NCBI GenBank assembly: GCA_001873285.1 | Contig: MNYV01000076.1 | Coordinates: forward strand, 1-61,723 | Reading direction: 5' to 3' | Length of the DNA: 61,723 nt | Source of the DNA: Nitrospirae bacterium CG2_30_53_67 | Lineage (GTDB): Bacteria; CG2-30-53-67 | Shown here: piece by piece, positions 37,940-47,783 of the stretch | How the letters are laid out: each line of letters begins with the position of its first letter | Position numbering within the stretch: position 1 is the first letter of the stretch | Program-made: the position numbers and the translations under genes | Notes under the pieces: model-generated | What the model was told of the DNA's origin: nothing | Database searches by the model: none | What the model saw: the letters and a program-made list of their open reading frames with translations, nothing else

Positions 37940-38704
37940 CTATACAGGCTCGGCTCCCCCGTCATCCCCTCTTCGGATTCTCTCCAGCATCTCCAGATCC
38001 TCCCCGGTCAGCCCGGCTCGCTCCAGGAGATCCGGCCGGTTTCGGAATGTCTTCTCCAGGGCCTTGAACCTTTGGAACCGGCGGATCCTTTCATGGTGCC
38101 CCGAGAGGATCACCTCCGGAACCTGCATCCCCCGGTAGGATTCAGGCCTGGTGTACTGGGGATGTTTCAGGATGCCTTGAGAGAAGGAATCCGTGTTCAC
38201 CGATCTTTCATCTCCCACCACCCCGGGAAGGCAGCGGGAAACCGCGTCCAGGACCACCAATGCCGCCAGTTCCCCCCCGGAAATCACATAATCTCCGATG
38301 GAGATCTCATCGTCCACCAGGTGTTCCGTCACCCGAGCGTCCACCCCTTCATACCGGCCGCAGATCAGCGTCACCGCTCTCGATCCTTGGGATAACGATC
38401 TGGCCGCCTCCTGGTCAAAGGGTCTTCCCTGAGGCGACATCAGGATCAGCCGGGTCTCCGGGCTCAAGTCCCGTATCCGGTCAACCGCCAGGAAAAGCGG
38501 CTCAGGCTTCATGACCATCCCGGCGCCTCCGCCGTAAGGGTAATCATCTACGGTACGGCGCTTGTCCTCCGTATAGTCCCGGAGCTGATGGATCCGGACG
38601 GTGATCTTTCCATCCTCCAGCGCCCTCCCCAGGATTCCTGAATGGATATAAACCGAAATGATCTCCGGAAAGAGCGTGAGCACGTCCCAGACAAAATTAC
38701 TCAA
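37940..38704 (-). CDS. trmD: tRNA (guanine37-N1)-methyltransferase
   Basis: DVLTLFPE..DDYPYGGGAGMVMKPEP..LICGRYEGVDARV..ISIGDYVISGGELAA. Confidence 0.95.
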   Translation of the reverse strand: MSNFVWDVLTLFPEIISVYIHSGILGRALEDGKITVRIHQLRDYTEDKRRTVDDYPYGGGAGMVMKPEPLFLAVDRIRDLSPETRLILMSPQGRPFDQEAARSLSQGSRAVTLICGRYEGVDARVTEHLVDDEISIGDYVISGGELAALVVLDAVSRCLPGVVGDERSVNTDSFSQGILKHPQYTRPESYRGMQVPEVILSGHHERIRRFQRFKALEKTFRNRPDLLERAGLTGEDLEMLERIRRGDDGGAEPV

Positions 38705-39206
38705 GGAGTCCCTCCACCTCGTGGACGATCAGCCTTTGGTTTTCAAGGTCTATCTTCCGGATCACCTCCCGAATGGCGGGAATCAGGACTTCCCTTGCCT
38801 CTCCCCTGACCACATAGACATCGTTGCTTCCGGTCTCCAGGATATCCTCCACCCGGCCAAGATATTCCTCCCGGTCGGTATAGACGGAAAGACCGATGAC
38901 GTCCGAATAATAATACCTCCCCTCCGGCAGGCGCACGGCCTCTGCCCGATGGATGAGGATCCGGGACCGCATGAAAGGCGCCACATGTTCCGGCGTGTCC
39001 TTCCCTTCAAAATGAAGGATCACCCGGTCCTGCTGGAATCGGACCCGGTCAATCCGGACGGGGTGTCTCTCCCCTGCTGAATCCTCGATGACCACATCAT
39101 GCAGGTCTAAAAACCGCTTCGGGGAATCGGTCAGGGGAAAGACCTTGACCTCTCCCTGGATACCGTGCTTGCGAAAAATGATCCCGACTTCGATCCACTC
39201 GACCAT
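38697..39206 (-). CDS. rimM: 16S rRNA processing protein RimM
   Basis: IEVGIIFRKHGIQGEVKVFPLTD.. plus a PRC-barrel C-terminus, in rpsP-rimM-trmD synteny. Confidence 0.9.
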   Translation of the reverse strand: MVEWIEVGIIFRKHGIQGEVKVFPLTDSPKRFLDLHDVVIEDSAGERHPVRIDRVRFQQDRVILHFEGKDTPEHVAPFMRSRILIHRAEAVRLPEGRYYYSDVIGLSVYTDREEYLGRVEDILETGSNDVYVVRGEAREVLIPAIREVIRKIDLENQRLIVHEVEGLLE

Positions 39207-39232
39207 GATATCATGACAACAGCATGGCGCCT

Positions 39233-39463
39233 CTACTCGATGATTTCGAGGACGCAGCGCTTGCCCAACTTGGTTCCGGCGGCATTCAGGATGGTCCTGA
39301 GCGACCTCGCCGTCCTCCCCTGTTTGCCGATCACCTTTCCCAAATCCTCCTGGGCAACCTTCAGTTCAATGACCGTTGTCTTCTCTCCTTGAAGTTCTTG
39401 TACTGCCACGGATTCAGGATGATCCACCAGCGCCTTCACCACATATAGGATGAGATCTCTCAT
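39233..39463 (-). CDS. KH-domain RNA-binding protein (UPF0109/YlqC)
   Basis: [36 protein letters not shown]. Confidence 0.85.
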   Translation of the reverse strand: MRDLILYVVKALVDHPESVAVQELQGEKTTVIELKVAQEDLGKVIGKQGRTARSLRTILNAAGTKLGKRCVLEIIE

Positions 39464-39513
39464 ATTCCGTTACCCCCACACTTGAGCCGTACTGAAACCG
39501 GGCGTTTAAGCCT

Positions 39514-39777
39514 TCATGCAGTCTTTAAGTATTTCCGCCAGACCCCTGATTTCTTCAGGAATTTTTTCACCGTTTCCGTAGGTTGTGCGCCGGACTCCAG
39601 CCACTTAAGAACGGCTTCTTCCTTGAGTTTGATCACGGAAGGATTTTTGCCGGGATCATAGGTCCCGACCTGTTCAATGAACTGACCATCTCTTGCCTTG
39701 CGTGAGTCCATCACCACAATCCTGTAATAGGGGAATTTTTTTGCGCCGAAACGACTCAGTCGTATGGAAACAGCCAT
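39514..39777 (-). CDS. rpsP: 30S ribosomal protein S16
   Basis: [42 protein letters not shown]. Confidence 0.95.
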   Translation of the reverse strand: MAVSIRLSRFGAKKFPYYRIVVMDSRKARDGQFIEQVGTYDPGKNPSVIKLKEEAVLKWLESGAQPTETVKKFLKKSGVWRKYLKTA

Positions 39778-39804
39778 GTCTTCACCTCCCTTTCATGAAA
39801 CCCA

Positions 39805-41211
39805 TCAACGTTTGATCTTCCGCTTCTTTTTTAACTTGTTCCTAAACCGTCCGCCGCCCATCATGTCCAACGGATTCCCCTGGCCCATTCCCGGATACCC
39901 TGACGGCATGGCCGGAGTCCCACCATTCCCGAAGAGACGGAACATCTTCTGCATCTTTGCAAACTGCTGCAGGAGGCGGTTGATTTCCTGCACCGTGGTC
40001 CCGCTCCCACGGGCGATCCGTTTGCGGCGGCTTCCGTTGATCATCTGATAGGATCCCCGTTCATCGGGTGTCATGGAACCGATGATCGCCTCGATACGAG
40101 TCAGTTCCTTCTCATCGGGTTTCGCCGAATTCAGTTCCTTGATTCTCCCGAATCCCGGAATCAGCTTGATGAGCTGTTCCAGAGATCCCATCTTCCTGAT
40201 TTTTTTTAACTGATCCAGAAAATCGTTCAGGGTAAACTGTTGTTTCCGGATCTTTTGCTCCAGCTTACCGGCCTGTTCCTCGTCGTAGGATTCCTGGGCC
40301 TTCTCGACAAGGGTCAATAGGTCCCCCATTCCGAGAATCCTGGAAACCATCCGTTCCGGGTGGAAAACCTCAATTTGTTCCAGCTTCTCTCCGGTCCCCA
40401 CAAACTTGATCGGTTTCCGGGTCACATAGTTGATGGAAAGGGCCGCACCGCCTCTCGCATCCCCGTCCAGCTTGGTCAGGATCACCCCGGTGATATCGAG
40501 ACGCTCATTAAAGCGCTGTGAAGTATGGACGGCATCCTGGCCGGTCATGGCATCAGCCACGAAAAGGATTTCATCAGGGGCCGTCTCTTGCTTGATCCGG
40601 TCCAACTCTTCCATCAAGGCTTCATCGATATGGAGCCGTCCGGCCGTATCTAAAAAGAGGATATCGAACCCCTGGGATTCGGCCCTTTTTTTGGCCTCTT
40701 TGCAGATGGCCACCGGGTCCTGACTCTCGGAACTGTGGACCGGGATCCCCAACTGTTCTCCGAGAACCTGGAGTTGCAGAATGGCTGCAGGCCGCTGGAC
40801 ATCCGCTGCGGCCATCAGCGGACGATGCCCCTTGTTCTTGTACATCCTGGCCAGTTTGCCTATGGTCGTGGTCTTTCCGGACCCTTGAAGGCCCGCGACC
40901 ATCACCACTGTGGGAGGCCTTGAAGAAAGCTTCATCCCGCTTTCTTTGGATCCCATCATAGCCGTCAGTTCCTGCTGGACGATCTGGATAAACTGCTGGC
41001 CGGGATTCAGACGCTGGTGAACCTCGATATTCAAAGAGCGTTCCTGAATACGCTCAAGAAGGTCCCGGACCACCTTGTAGTTGACGTCCGCTTCCAGCAG
41101 GGCCATCTTCACGTCATTGAGCGCCTGCTGGATATTCTCCGCAGAGAGTCTCCCTTTCCCCGTGATGTTCCTGAAGATCGAGTTCAGTTTATCAGTCAGC
41201 GTATCAAACAC
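39805..41211 (-). CDS. ffh: Signal recognition particle protein Ffh
   Basis: GTG start at 41211 (VFDTLTDKLNSIFRNITGKGRL, TAGGAG RBS). GLQGSGKTTTIGKLA, DTAGRL, TKLDGDARGG and a Met-rich M domain are present. The track ORF extends 74 codons too far upstream into an AT-rich promoter region. Confidence 0.95.
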   Translation of the reverse strand: MFDTLTDKLNSIFRNITGKGRLSAENIQQALNDVKMALLEADVNYKVVRDLLERIQERSLNIEVHQRLNPGQQFIQIVQQELTAMMGSKESGMKLSSRPPTVVMVAGLQGSGKTTTIGKLARMYKNKGHRPLMAAADVQRPAAILQLQVLGEQLGIPVHSSESQDPVAICKEAKKRAESQGFDILFLDTAGRLHIDEALMEELDRIKQETAPDEILFVADAMTGQDAVHTSQRFNERLDITGVILTKLDGDARGGAALSINYVTRKPIKFVGTGEKLEQIEVFHPERMVSRILGMGDLLTLVEKAQESYDEEQAGKLEQKIRKQQFTLNDFLDQLKKIRKMGSLEQLIKLIPGFGRIKELNSAKPDEKELTRIEAIIGSMTPDERGSYQMINGSRRKRIARGSGTTVQEINRLLQQFAKMQKMFRLFGNGGTPAMPSGYPGMGQGNPLDMMGGGRFRNKLKKKRKIKR

Positions 41212-41302
41212 GGAACATACTCCTACACCAACCCGTAAATCCTGTTTTTTTCGGTTAATTTCAATAAACCATACAGGATTCCGATAGGAATTAAAGATAC
41301 TA

Positions 41303-41331
41303 ATATTATTTTTTTTTCTTTTGTCTGTCAA
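41303..41331 (-). promoter_or_regulatory. Candidate sigma-70 promoter of ffh
   Basis: Minus strand: TTGACA (41331-41326), 17-nt spacer, TAATAT (41308-41303), about 90 nt upstream of the GTG. Confidence 0.5.
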
Positions 41332-41417
41332 GATAATAATGGGATAATAATGGGGATAATAGCAATGTCCCAAATCCACCATCAAGCAGTATAAAGTTCC
41401 AATCTTTAATAAGCATT

Positions 41418-44078
41418 TTATCCAATCTTCCACCGCCTTATTAACTTCTCAATCTCCACGGCAAAGAATACCCCGGATGACAATGCAATCGTAAATATCA
41501 GTTCATTCAGGGTCAACGGTTCTGTCTTAAATATCGGGTTTAAAAAAGGTGCGTACAACGTGACCATCTGAAGGGCAAAGGTCAATGCGACTGCGCCAAG
41601 GAGGTATCGGTTAGATAACAACCCTATCTTAAACAGAGACTCTTTTTCCGATCGTATGGCAAGAACATGCCCGAGCTGGGTCAGACAGAGCACGGTAAAT
41701 ACCATGGTCTGCCAGTGAGCATGCTCTGTATTGATGGACCAGGCCTGAACAAAAAGGACGATGCCGGCCATCAAGAGGCCTACCCATATCGCATGGGCGC
41801 CGAGACCGTGGCTAAAGATGCTCTCTTTGGGATGCCGCGGCGGTCTGCTCATGACATCGCCCTCGGCAGGCTCCGCGGACAGGGCGAGGGCGGGAAGCCC
41901 GTCTGTCACCAGATTGATCCAGAGTAAATGGATCGGAAGAAGCGGGATCGGAAGGCCGGCCAGCGGCGCAAGGAAGAGGGTCCATATCTCTCCCGAATTC
42001 GTTGTGAGGAGATACTTGATGAATTTTCTGATATTATCATAGATCTTTCTCCCCTCCCTCACCGCCTTTACGATGGTGGAAAAATTGTCGTCCAGGAGGA
42101 TCATGTGGGCGGCTTCTTTTGATACGTCCGTTCCGGTGATGCCCATGGCAACGCCGATGTCCGCCCTCTTTAATGCCGGCGCGTCGTTTACCCCGTCCCC
42201 GGTCATGGCGACAAACTGGCCTTTGTCCTGGAGAGCTTTTACTATTTTCAGTTTTTGCTCGGGGGCGACCCGCGCGTACACCCGGATATGCTCGACCCGT
42301 TCCTCGAATTCCTCTAATGATAACTTCTCCAGCTCTTGTCCGGTCATGAGCGCTTTTGAATCATCGTCTACGATGCCCAGACGCTGGGCTATTACCCGCG
42401 CGGTGATGGGATGGTCGCCGGTTATCATGACAGGCTTTATCCCCGCTGCCTTGCACAGGGCAACCGCTTCCCCGGCTTCTTCCCGGGGCGGGTCCAGCAT
42501 GCCGGTAAGGCCGATGATCGTCAGGCCGGTCTCAACATTCCCTGAGGACATATCATCAGGCAGGGCGTCCCACGTTCTCATTGCAATACAGAGGACCCTC
42601 AGGCCGTCCGCCGCCATCCGTTCATTAATCCTGCTTATCTCTTCACTATCAACGGCCCTTAATCCTCCCGATGTTAATATATTGTCCGACTGGTCTATCA
42701 GAACATCTATTGCCCCCTTGGTAAAGGAGATGAATCCCCCCTCGCCCCCCTTTGAGAAAGGGTGGGTGTGGGGGATTTTATGGAACGTCGTCATACATTT
42801 TCTTGCAGAATCGAACGGTATTTCCGTTACTCTCGGGAAGTCGTTTTCCAGTTCTTTTTTCTCAAAACCCTGTTTCTTTGCCATGTCATAGAGTGCAATT
42901 TCCGTAGGGTCTCCTATGACAGAGCCATCAGCGCCCGTCTGCGCGTCATTACTTAAGGCAAGGGCATTCAATAGATGGTGGAGGGGTGAATGGCCGGCCT
43001 GACGTTTCGCTTTAACAAATTCCATCTCGGCACTCCGAAGTATTTTACCATCAAGATAGATCTCTTCAACGGTCATCTTATTCAGCGTGAGCGTTCCTGT
43101 TTTATCAGAACAGATATACGTCACAGAACCGAGGGTCTCTACAGCAGGCAGTTTTTTTATTAGGGCATGTTGCATGATCAGCTTCTTTGCCCCCAGCGCA
43201 AGGGATATGGTTATGACCGCGGGAAGCGCTTCAGGGATCGCGGCCACTGCCAGAGAGATCGCTGTGAGGAGCATGAGCATGGGCGGCTCTCCCCTCAGAA
43301 TGCCGATGACGAGAACAATGGCGCATATAGCAAGCACGGCAAGCGCGAGTTTCCGGCCGAACACGGCAAGCCTTTTTTGAAGGGGCGTCTTTACCTCCTC
43401 CTCTTCCTGAAGCATTGCGGCAATCCTGCCAAGTTCCGTATCCATGCCGGTCCCCGTGATAACGCCGACACCGCGGCCGGAGGTCACAAACGTGCCTTTG
43501 TACGCCATGTTTTTTCTGTCGCCCAGGGGCAGGTGTTCGTCGTGTAGTTCCTTTGTTGTTTTTTCAACCGGCACGGATTCGCCCGTTAGGGCGGCCTCTT
43601 CGACCTTAAAAAGAGCTGCTTCGATCATGCGCATATCAGCGGGGACGATCTTCCCCGCCTCAAGCAGAACGACATCGCCCGGCACAAGCCGGGACGCTGA
43701 GATGGTTTCCGGCATACCGTTCCTCATCACCGTTGCGGATGGCGCTGCCATCTTCTTAAGGGCCGTCATGGCCTTTTCCGCCCTGTATTCCTGGATAAAC
43801 CCGACAGCCGCGTTCAGGACAACAATGACAATGATGGCAATGGTGTCCGACACCTCGCCGATAAACCCTGAAATAAAAGCGGCGGCAATGAGGACAAGGA
43901 TCATGAAGTCCTTGAACTGGTCAAGGAACATCATGAAAGGGGTCTTTTTCTTTTTCTCTGTTAATTCGTTCGGGCCGTGCTCCAGGAGCAGTTTTTGTGC
44001 ATGTGCCGCGGAAATGCCCTGGAGAGACGACCCGAGTTCCGCCATGACGTCTTCGATGTTCTTTTGATGCCAGCGCAT
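41418..44078 (-). CDS. P-type cation-transporting ATPase, type IIA (Ca2+-ATPase-like)
   Basis: 886 aa with TGES, ICSDKTGTLT, AIPEALPAVITISLALG, MITGDH and TGDGVNDAPALK. Confidence 0.9.
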   Translation of the reverse strand: MRWHQKNIEDVMAELGSSLQGISAAHAQKLLLEHGPNELTEKKKKTPFMMFLDQFKDFMILVLIAAAFISGFIGEVSDTIAIIVIVVLNAAVGFIQEYRAEKAMTALKKMAAPSATVMRNGMPETISASRLVPGDVVLLEAGKIVPADMRMIEAALFKVEEAALTGESVPVEKTTKELHDEHLPLGDRKNMAYKGTFVTSGRGVGVITGTGMDTELGRIAAMLQEEEEVKTPLQKRLAVFGRKLALAVLAICAIVLVIGILRGEPPMLMLLTAISLAVAAIPEALPAVITISLALGAKKLIMQHALIKKLPAVETLGSVTYICSDKTGTLTLNKMTVEEIYLDGKILRSAEMEFVKAKRQAGHSPLHHLLNALALSNDAQTGADGSVIGDPTEIALYDMAKKQGFEKKELENDFPRVTEIPFDSARKCMTTFHKIPHTHPFSKGGEGGFISFTKGAIDVLIDQSDNILTSGGLRAVDSEEISRINERMAADGLRVLCIAMRTWDALPDDMSSGNVETGLTIIGLTGMLDPPREEAGEAVALCKAAGIKPVMITGDHPITARVIAQRLGIVDDDSKALMTGQELEKLSLEEFEERVEHIRVYARVAPEQKLKIVKALQDKGQFVAMTGDGVNDAPALKRADIGVAMGITGTDVSKEAAHMILLDDNFSTIVKAVREGRKIYDNIRKFIKYLLTTNSGEIWTLFLAPLAGLPIPLLPIHLLWINLVTDGLPALALSAEPAEGDVMSRPPRHPKESIFSHGLGAHAIWVGLLMAGIVLFVQAWSINTEHAHWQTMVFTVLCLTQLGHVLAIRSEKESLFKIGLLSNRYLLGAVALTFALQMVTLYAPFLNPIFKTEPLTLNELIFTIALSSGVFFAVEIEKLIRRWKIG

Positions 44079-44123
44079 AGTTATCCTGATCCTTTCCTCT
44101 CCACGAGTACTCGATTAAAAAGT

Positions 44124-45119
44124 TTACCGCATGCTATACAGCAGCACAAAATTGACCATAAACACGAACACTATCATGACGGAATCCCACGCCAAAAGCA
44201 TAGGTTTTTTCTCCGCGCGATAGGTCAGTCCGATCACTGCGATGGCCGTCATCATGACGGCGGAGAGGGCAGAGATGGTGTGATTTTGATTGACAAAGGA
44301 AAGCAGGGGGCCGTTGACATAGAGAATATCGTCAATGCCGAGGATGAGAATGTTAAAGATGTTGCTTCCGAACAGATTGCCGATCGCAAGGTCCACGGCC
44401 CCCATTTTCACCGCTGCCGATGAGACCACCACCTCGGGAAGGGATGTGGACATCGCAATGAAGATATTGCCTACGAAACTCTGCCCCAGGCCGGTCGATT
44501 CCGCTATCCCTTCGCCGATCTTCGGCAGGAACATAGCGGCAACGATGACGATAGCGGCATTGACCGCGTAATTGATAACAGCGGTTCTCGTCGGGATGTT
44601 TCCATATTGAAGTACAGCCACGTTATTGATATACAGGATGATCTGTTTTTTTTCGTAGAAATAGACCATTCTCATGGCGAAAAAATAGATGCCGATGAAC
44701 ACCAGACTGTAAACGCCGATCCAGCCCAGCGAAAACGCGTGGTTTGCGAAGAAAAGACTCAACGCAACAGCACCCAGGAGAAGTATCCCAAACGCGGCGG
44801 CGAGGGCATGGCCCTGGTGCGCTTTTGCGGATATCGGCATCGGCCTATACACCGCGTCCAGGACAGCAAGGATCAGCATATTAAAGACGCAGCTTCCCAG
44901 CACATCACCGACCGCAATATCCGGGACCCCTGCGTAGGTGACCGAGCTTATCCCGGTCACCAGCTCCGGCAGCGAGGTGACGGTTGCCATAAGCACAACG
45001 CCGATCCAGGTCCTCCCCATCCCGGTCTTTTCAGCGATGATGTCGCCGTACCGGGAAAGCCTTGTGCCTGCATAGACAATTGCCGCTGTGCAGAGGATAA
45101 ACGCAATCCAGAGAAGCAT
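44124..45119 (-). CDS. Ca2+/Na+ antiporter (CaCA family, YrbG-like)
   Basis: 331 aa with two alpha-repeat motifs, GDVLGSCVFNMLIL and GNLFGSNIFNILIL, and about 10 TM segments. Confidence 0.85.
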   Translation of the reverse strand: MLLWIAFILCTAAIVYAGTRLSRYGDIIAEKTGMGRTWIGVVLMATVTSLPELVTGISSVTYAGVPDIAVGDVLGSCVFNMLILAVLDAVYRPMPISAKAHQGHALAAAFGILLLGAVALSLFFANHAFSLGWIGVYSLVFIGIYFFAMRMVYFYEKKQIILYINNVAVLQYGNIPTRTAVINYAVNAAIVIVAAMFLPKIGEGIAESTGLGQSFVGNIFIAMSTSLPEVVVSSAAVKMGAVDLAIGNLFGSNIFNILILGIDDILYVNGPLLSFVNQNHTISALSAVMMTAIAVIGLTYRAEKKPMLLAWDSVMIVFVFMVNFVLLYSMR

Positions 45120-45315
45120 GATTATCTTCCTTTAAATACCGTGGTTCATTCCGACTGGACCACCCCGCAGCAAACTGAGCGGTATCTGATCATTAACGTC
45201 TCTCCTCCTTAGGATCGGAGGGGATTAAGGGGAGGGTGAAGCATCCGGCATTTTTCATTTTACCCCCACCCCTGACTAAATCATTCAAGAGCAGGCTAAG
45301 CGGTAATCCCGCTAT

Positions 45316-45615
45316 TTATTTTTTAAACACGTTGAAAAGCTTATTAAGTCCGGTCTTGTCCATCTTCGCCACCTGTTCCATCTCTCCGGCATCGAGCCAG
45401 ACGCCGGCACACTCGGAACATTTGTCGATCTTTATTTCCTTGTAGTCGATTTCGATCAGTTCCATCCCGCACTTCGGACACATCATATAGTGCAGTTCTT
45501 TCCGTTTTTTCTTTTCTTCCGCCGCAAGCCGCTTGTGTTTTTCCTCCTCGATCTTCTTCTTGCCCTCAAATTCCATTCTCGCAAAATACTCTGCTTCTTT
45601 TTCACTTGGTCTCAT
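45316..45615 (-). CDS. Zinc-ribbon (zf-TFIIB-like) domain protein
   Basis: CPKCGMEL..IDKCSECAGVWLDAGEMEQV follows a Lys/Glu-rich N-terminus. Confidence 0.6.
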   Translation of the reverse strand: MRPSEKEAEYFARMEFEGKKKIEEEKHKRLAAEEKKKRKELHYMMCPKCGMELIEIDYKEIKIDKCSECAGVWLDAGEMEQVAKMDKTGLNKLFNVFKK

Positions 45616-45717
45616 TTGAATTACCCCCTTCTTTTGTTTTTTGGAATTTACTTTTATTGGAATGTTAAACAGTTACGACCGACTTTAACATGATTCTGCT
45701 GCTAATAATGAAGTTCT

Positions 45718-46371
45718 TCAGGAAAGCGCTTCTCTGAAAAGGCGGATCGTTTCCTTGTAATTTTTCGTCTCGAAGATGGCCGAACCGGCCACCAGGATAT
45801 CGGCTCCGGCCTGAGCGATTTTTCCGGCATTTTCGATCTTGACCCCTCCGTCCACTTCGATGGCCGTATTCCGTCCGTGAGCCTTGATCATCTCTTTGAG
45901 ACGGGAGATCTTGGGGAGGACCGCCTCAATAAAACTCTGCCCGCCGAAACCTGGGTTGACCGACATGATCAGGACCTGATCCAGATCCTTTAAAACATAC
46001 TCTAATACATGGATCGGCTGATGAGGATTCAAGGCCGCTCCCGCCTGTATCTTGAGATCCTTGATCTGCTGGATGGTCCGGTGCAGATGGATGCAGGCCT
46101 CGGCGTGGACGGTCAGGATATCCGCACCGGCCTTGACAAATTCCAGGATGTATTTCGAGGGGTCTGAGATCATCAGGTGGACGTCCAGGGGGAGGCGCGT
46201 CACCGCACGGATCGCCTTGACCACCGGAGGACCGATGGTGATATTCGGGACGAAGTGCCCGTCCATGACATCCACATGAATAAAGTCCGCCCCGGCTTCT
46301 TCCACGGCCCGGATCTCTTCCCCGAGCCTCACGAAATCCGCTGAAAGAATCGAGGGCGCTATTTTGACCAT
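45718..46371 (-). CDS. rpe: Ribulose-phosphate 3-epimerase
   Basis: [42 protein letters not shown]. Confidence 0.95.
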   Translation of the reverse strand: MVKIAPSILSADFVRLGEEIRAVEEAGADFIHVDVMDGHFVPNITIGPPVVKAIRAVTRLPLDVHLMISDPSKYILEFVKAGADILTVHAEACIHLHRTIQQIKDLKIQAGAALNPHQPIHVLEYVLKDLDQVLIMSVNPGFGGQSFIEAVLPKISRLKEMIKAHGRNTAIEVDGGVKIENAGKIAQAGADILVAGSAIFETKNYKETIRLFREALS

Positions 46372-46531
46372 GGTCGGCGCCTATTCAATAGTGGGTTGAA
46401 AAACTTGAGTTCGAGACAATGTAACGAATATCACTCTGCATGTCAAGCTGGTTTGACGATGGGTCCGTTTCGAAAACCTCAATAAACTCCATATCATCTT
46501 TTGTCCCCGAAACCCTATGCCGGACAGCCCT

Positions 46532-47557
46532 TCAGAGATTCATATCCTGATAAGCCATGAGCCGGCTGAAATCAAAGAGCGCGCCCATGGCCAGATTCTC
46601 CGTATGAATGCCTGACTCCTCGACCGCTGCCAGTGGATTGAGGCCGCCGGCCACAATGATGCCGGCCCGTCCTTCCACCACCGGGATATCGAGCAGCGGC
46701 TGGTTGGGCTTTCCTGCCATCAGGACGGCGCCCAATCCGATACCTTCGAGCTGCCTGACAAGCCTTCGGATCTCAGGGAGGGCCACGGCCGGAATCTCCC
46801 TGAAGCTCGCCCCGATCAGGCCGCGTCCCGTGCGGACGGCATCAAGAACGCTGGTCATATGCCCTTTGATAAAGATCTCCAAAGGATCCAGCGAGGAACC
46901 GTCATAATGAATAATCTGTGTAAATCTGTGCGGCTCGCCTTGATAGATATCGAGGAGCCCTCCGAACTTTGAAACCACGGGAATGCCCGCATGGATGAAG
47001 ATGCCGTTCAAGGTCACACTGCAGATCGTGCCGATAGCGGTTTTCCCTTCAGGAACGAAAAAATCACCCATCGGCGTCCCAGGGCCGGAAATGGTGATGT
47101 ATTGCCCCATCCCCAGTCTCTTTTCAAAAACCGGGGTCATGATTTTTAACGCATCTTTTATGAACCGGGTATCGATCAGGGAAATATTCAACAAGACCGG
47201 ACCGGATTTCTTTTTGATAGAAAAATTCATCCTGTAAGAAAGAGCGTCTATTTTAGAGGAAATCAACCCCACCTTATCAACCACCAGAGCATTTTGCAAC
47301 TCCTCTTCACCCTTAGCCGTGATCTTCCGTCCCAGTCTTTCGGATCTCTTGCATGTCAGGCCCAACTGATCGGTCAGCGCCAGGTAATGACGTACCGTCC
47401 TGTGGCTGAGATTGATCCCGAAAGACTGAAGGGTCTCCGCAAGATGGGTGCTCCCCAGCGGTCGTCTTGCGTTATTAAGGGCCTTAAGGATGGCCACGAT
47501 TTTTCGTTCTTTATTGATATCCATCTCGCGTAAAACCCTGAATGGTCTGTCATCCAT
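46532..47557 (-). CDS. nrpR: NrpR-type regulator (winged HTH plus one DUF128/NrpR domain)
   Basis: The N-terminal wHTH (ILKALNNARRPLGSTHLAETL..SHRTVRHYL) and the remainder resemble the archaeal nitrogen repressor NrpR family as I recall it. Lies divergent to the glutamate synthase genes. Confidence 0.7.
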   Translation of the reverse strand: MDDRPFRVLREMDINKERKIVAILKALNNARRPLGSTHLAETLQSFGINLSHRTVRHYLALTDQLGLTCKRSERLGRKITAKGEEELQNALVVDKVGLISSKIDALSYRMNFSIKKKSGPVLLNISLIDTRFIKDALKIMTPVFEKRLGMGQYITISGPGTPMGDFFVPEGKTAIGTICSVTLNGIFIHAGIPVVSKFGGLLDIYQGEPHRFTQIIHYDGSSLDPLEIFIKGHMTSVLDAVRTGRGLIGASFREIPAVALPEIRRLVRQLEGIGLGAVLMAGKPNQPLLDIPVVEGRAGIIVAGGLNPLAAVEESGIHTENLAMGALFDFSRLMAYQDMNL

Positions 47558-47783
47558 TCACTTCCCAGCCTGACCCAAGAGCGGTAAAATGTAGGATCAG
47601 TGCTTGAAAATGAACTTCTTATAAACACCGGCATCATCAACAGGCCGAGATTAGGAAATCTTACCATAAGAACCCGCGTAGATCAAGATTTTAACGGCAA
47701 TATTGCCTATATTTTTAAAACGTCTGTTTTAGGGTACATTGTAGAATCAGGCGCATTTTTTGTTTCATACAATTATTAAATCT

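Noticed and set aside
39805-41433. 542-aa Ffh ORF with an unusual N-terminal extension overlapping the P-type ATPase gene end.
   Set aside because: The extension is translated from an AT-rich promoter region, shows no homology pattern and overlaps a good TTGACA-17-TAATAT promoter. A GTG with an RBS at 41211 gives the canonical Ffh N-terminus.
47696-47707. Perfect 12-bp palindrome GGCAATATTGCC upstream of nrpR as an NrpR operator.
   Set aside because: It is a single short palindrome in an AT-rich spacer. It does not resemble the GGAA-N6-TTCC operator known for NrpR and is not repeated near the glutamate synthase promoter, so it cannot be supported from this window alone.
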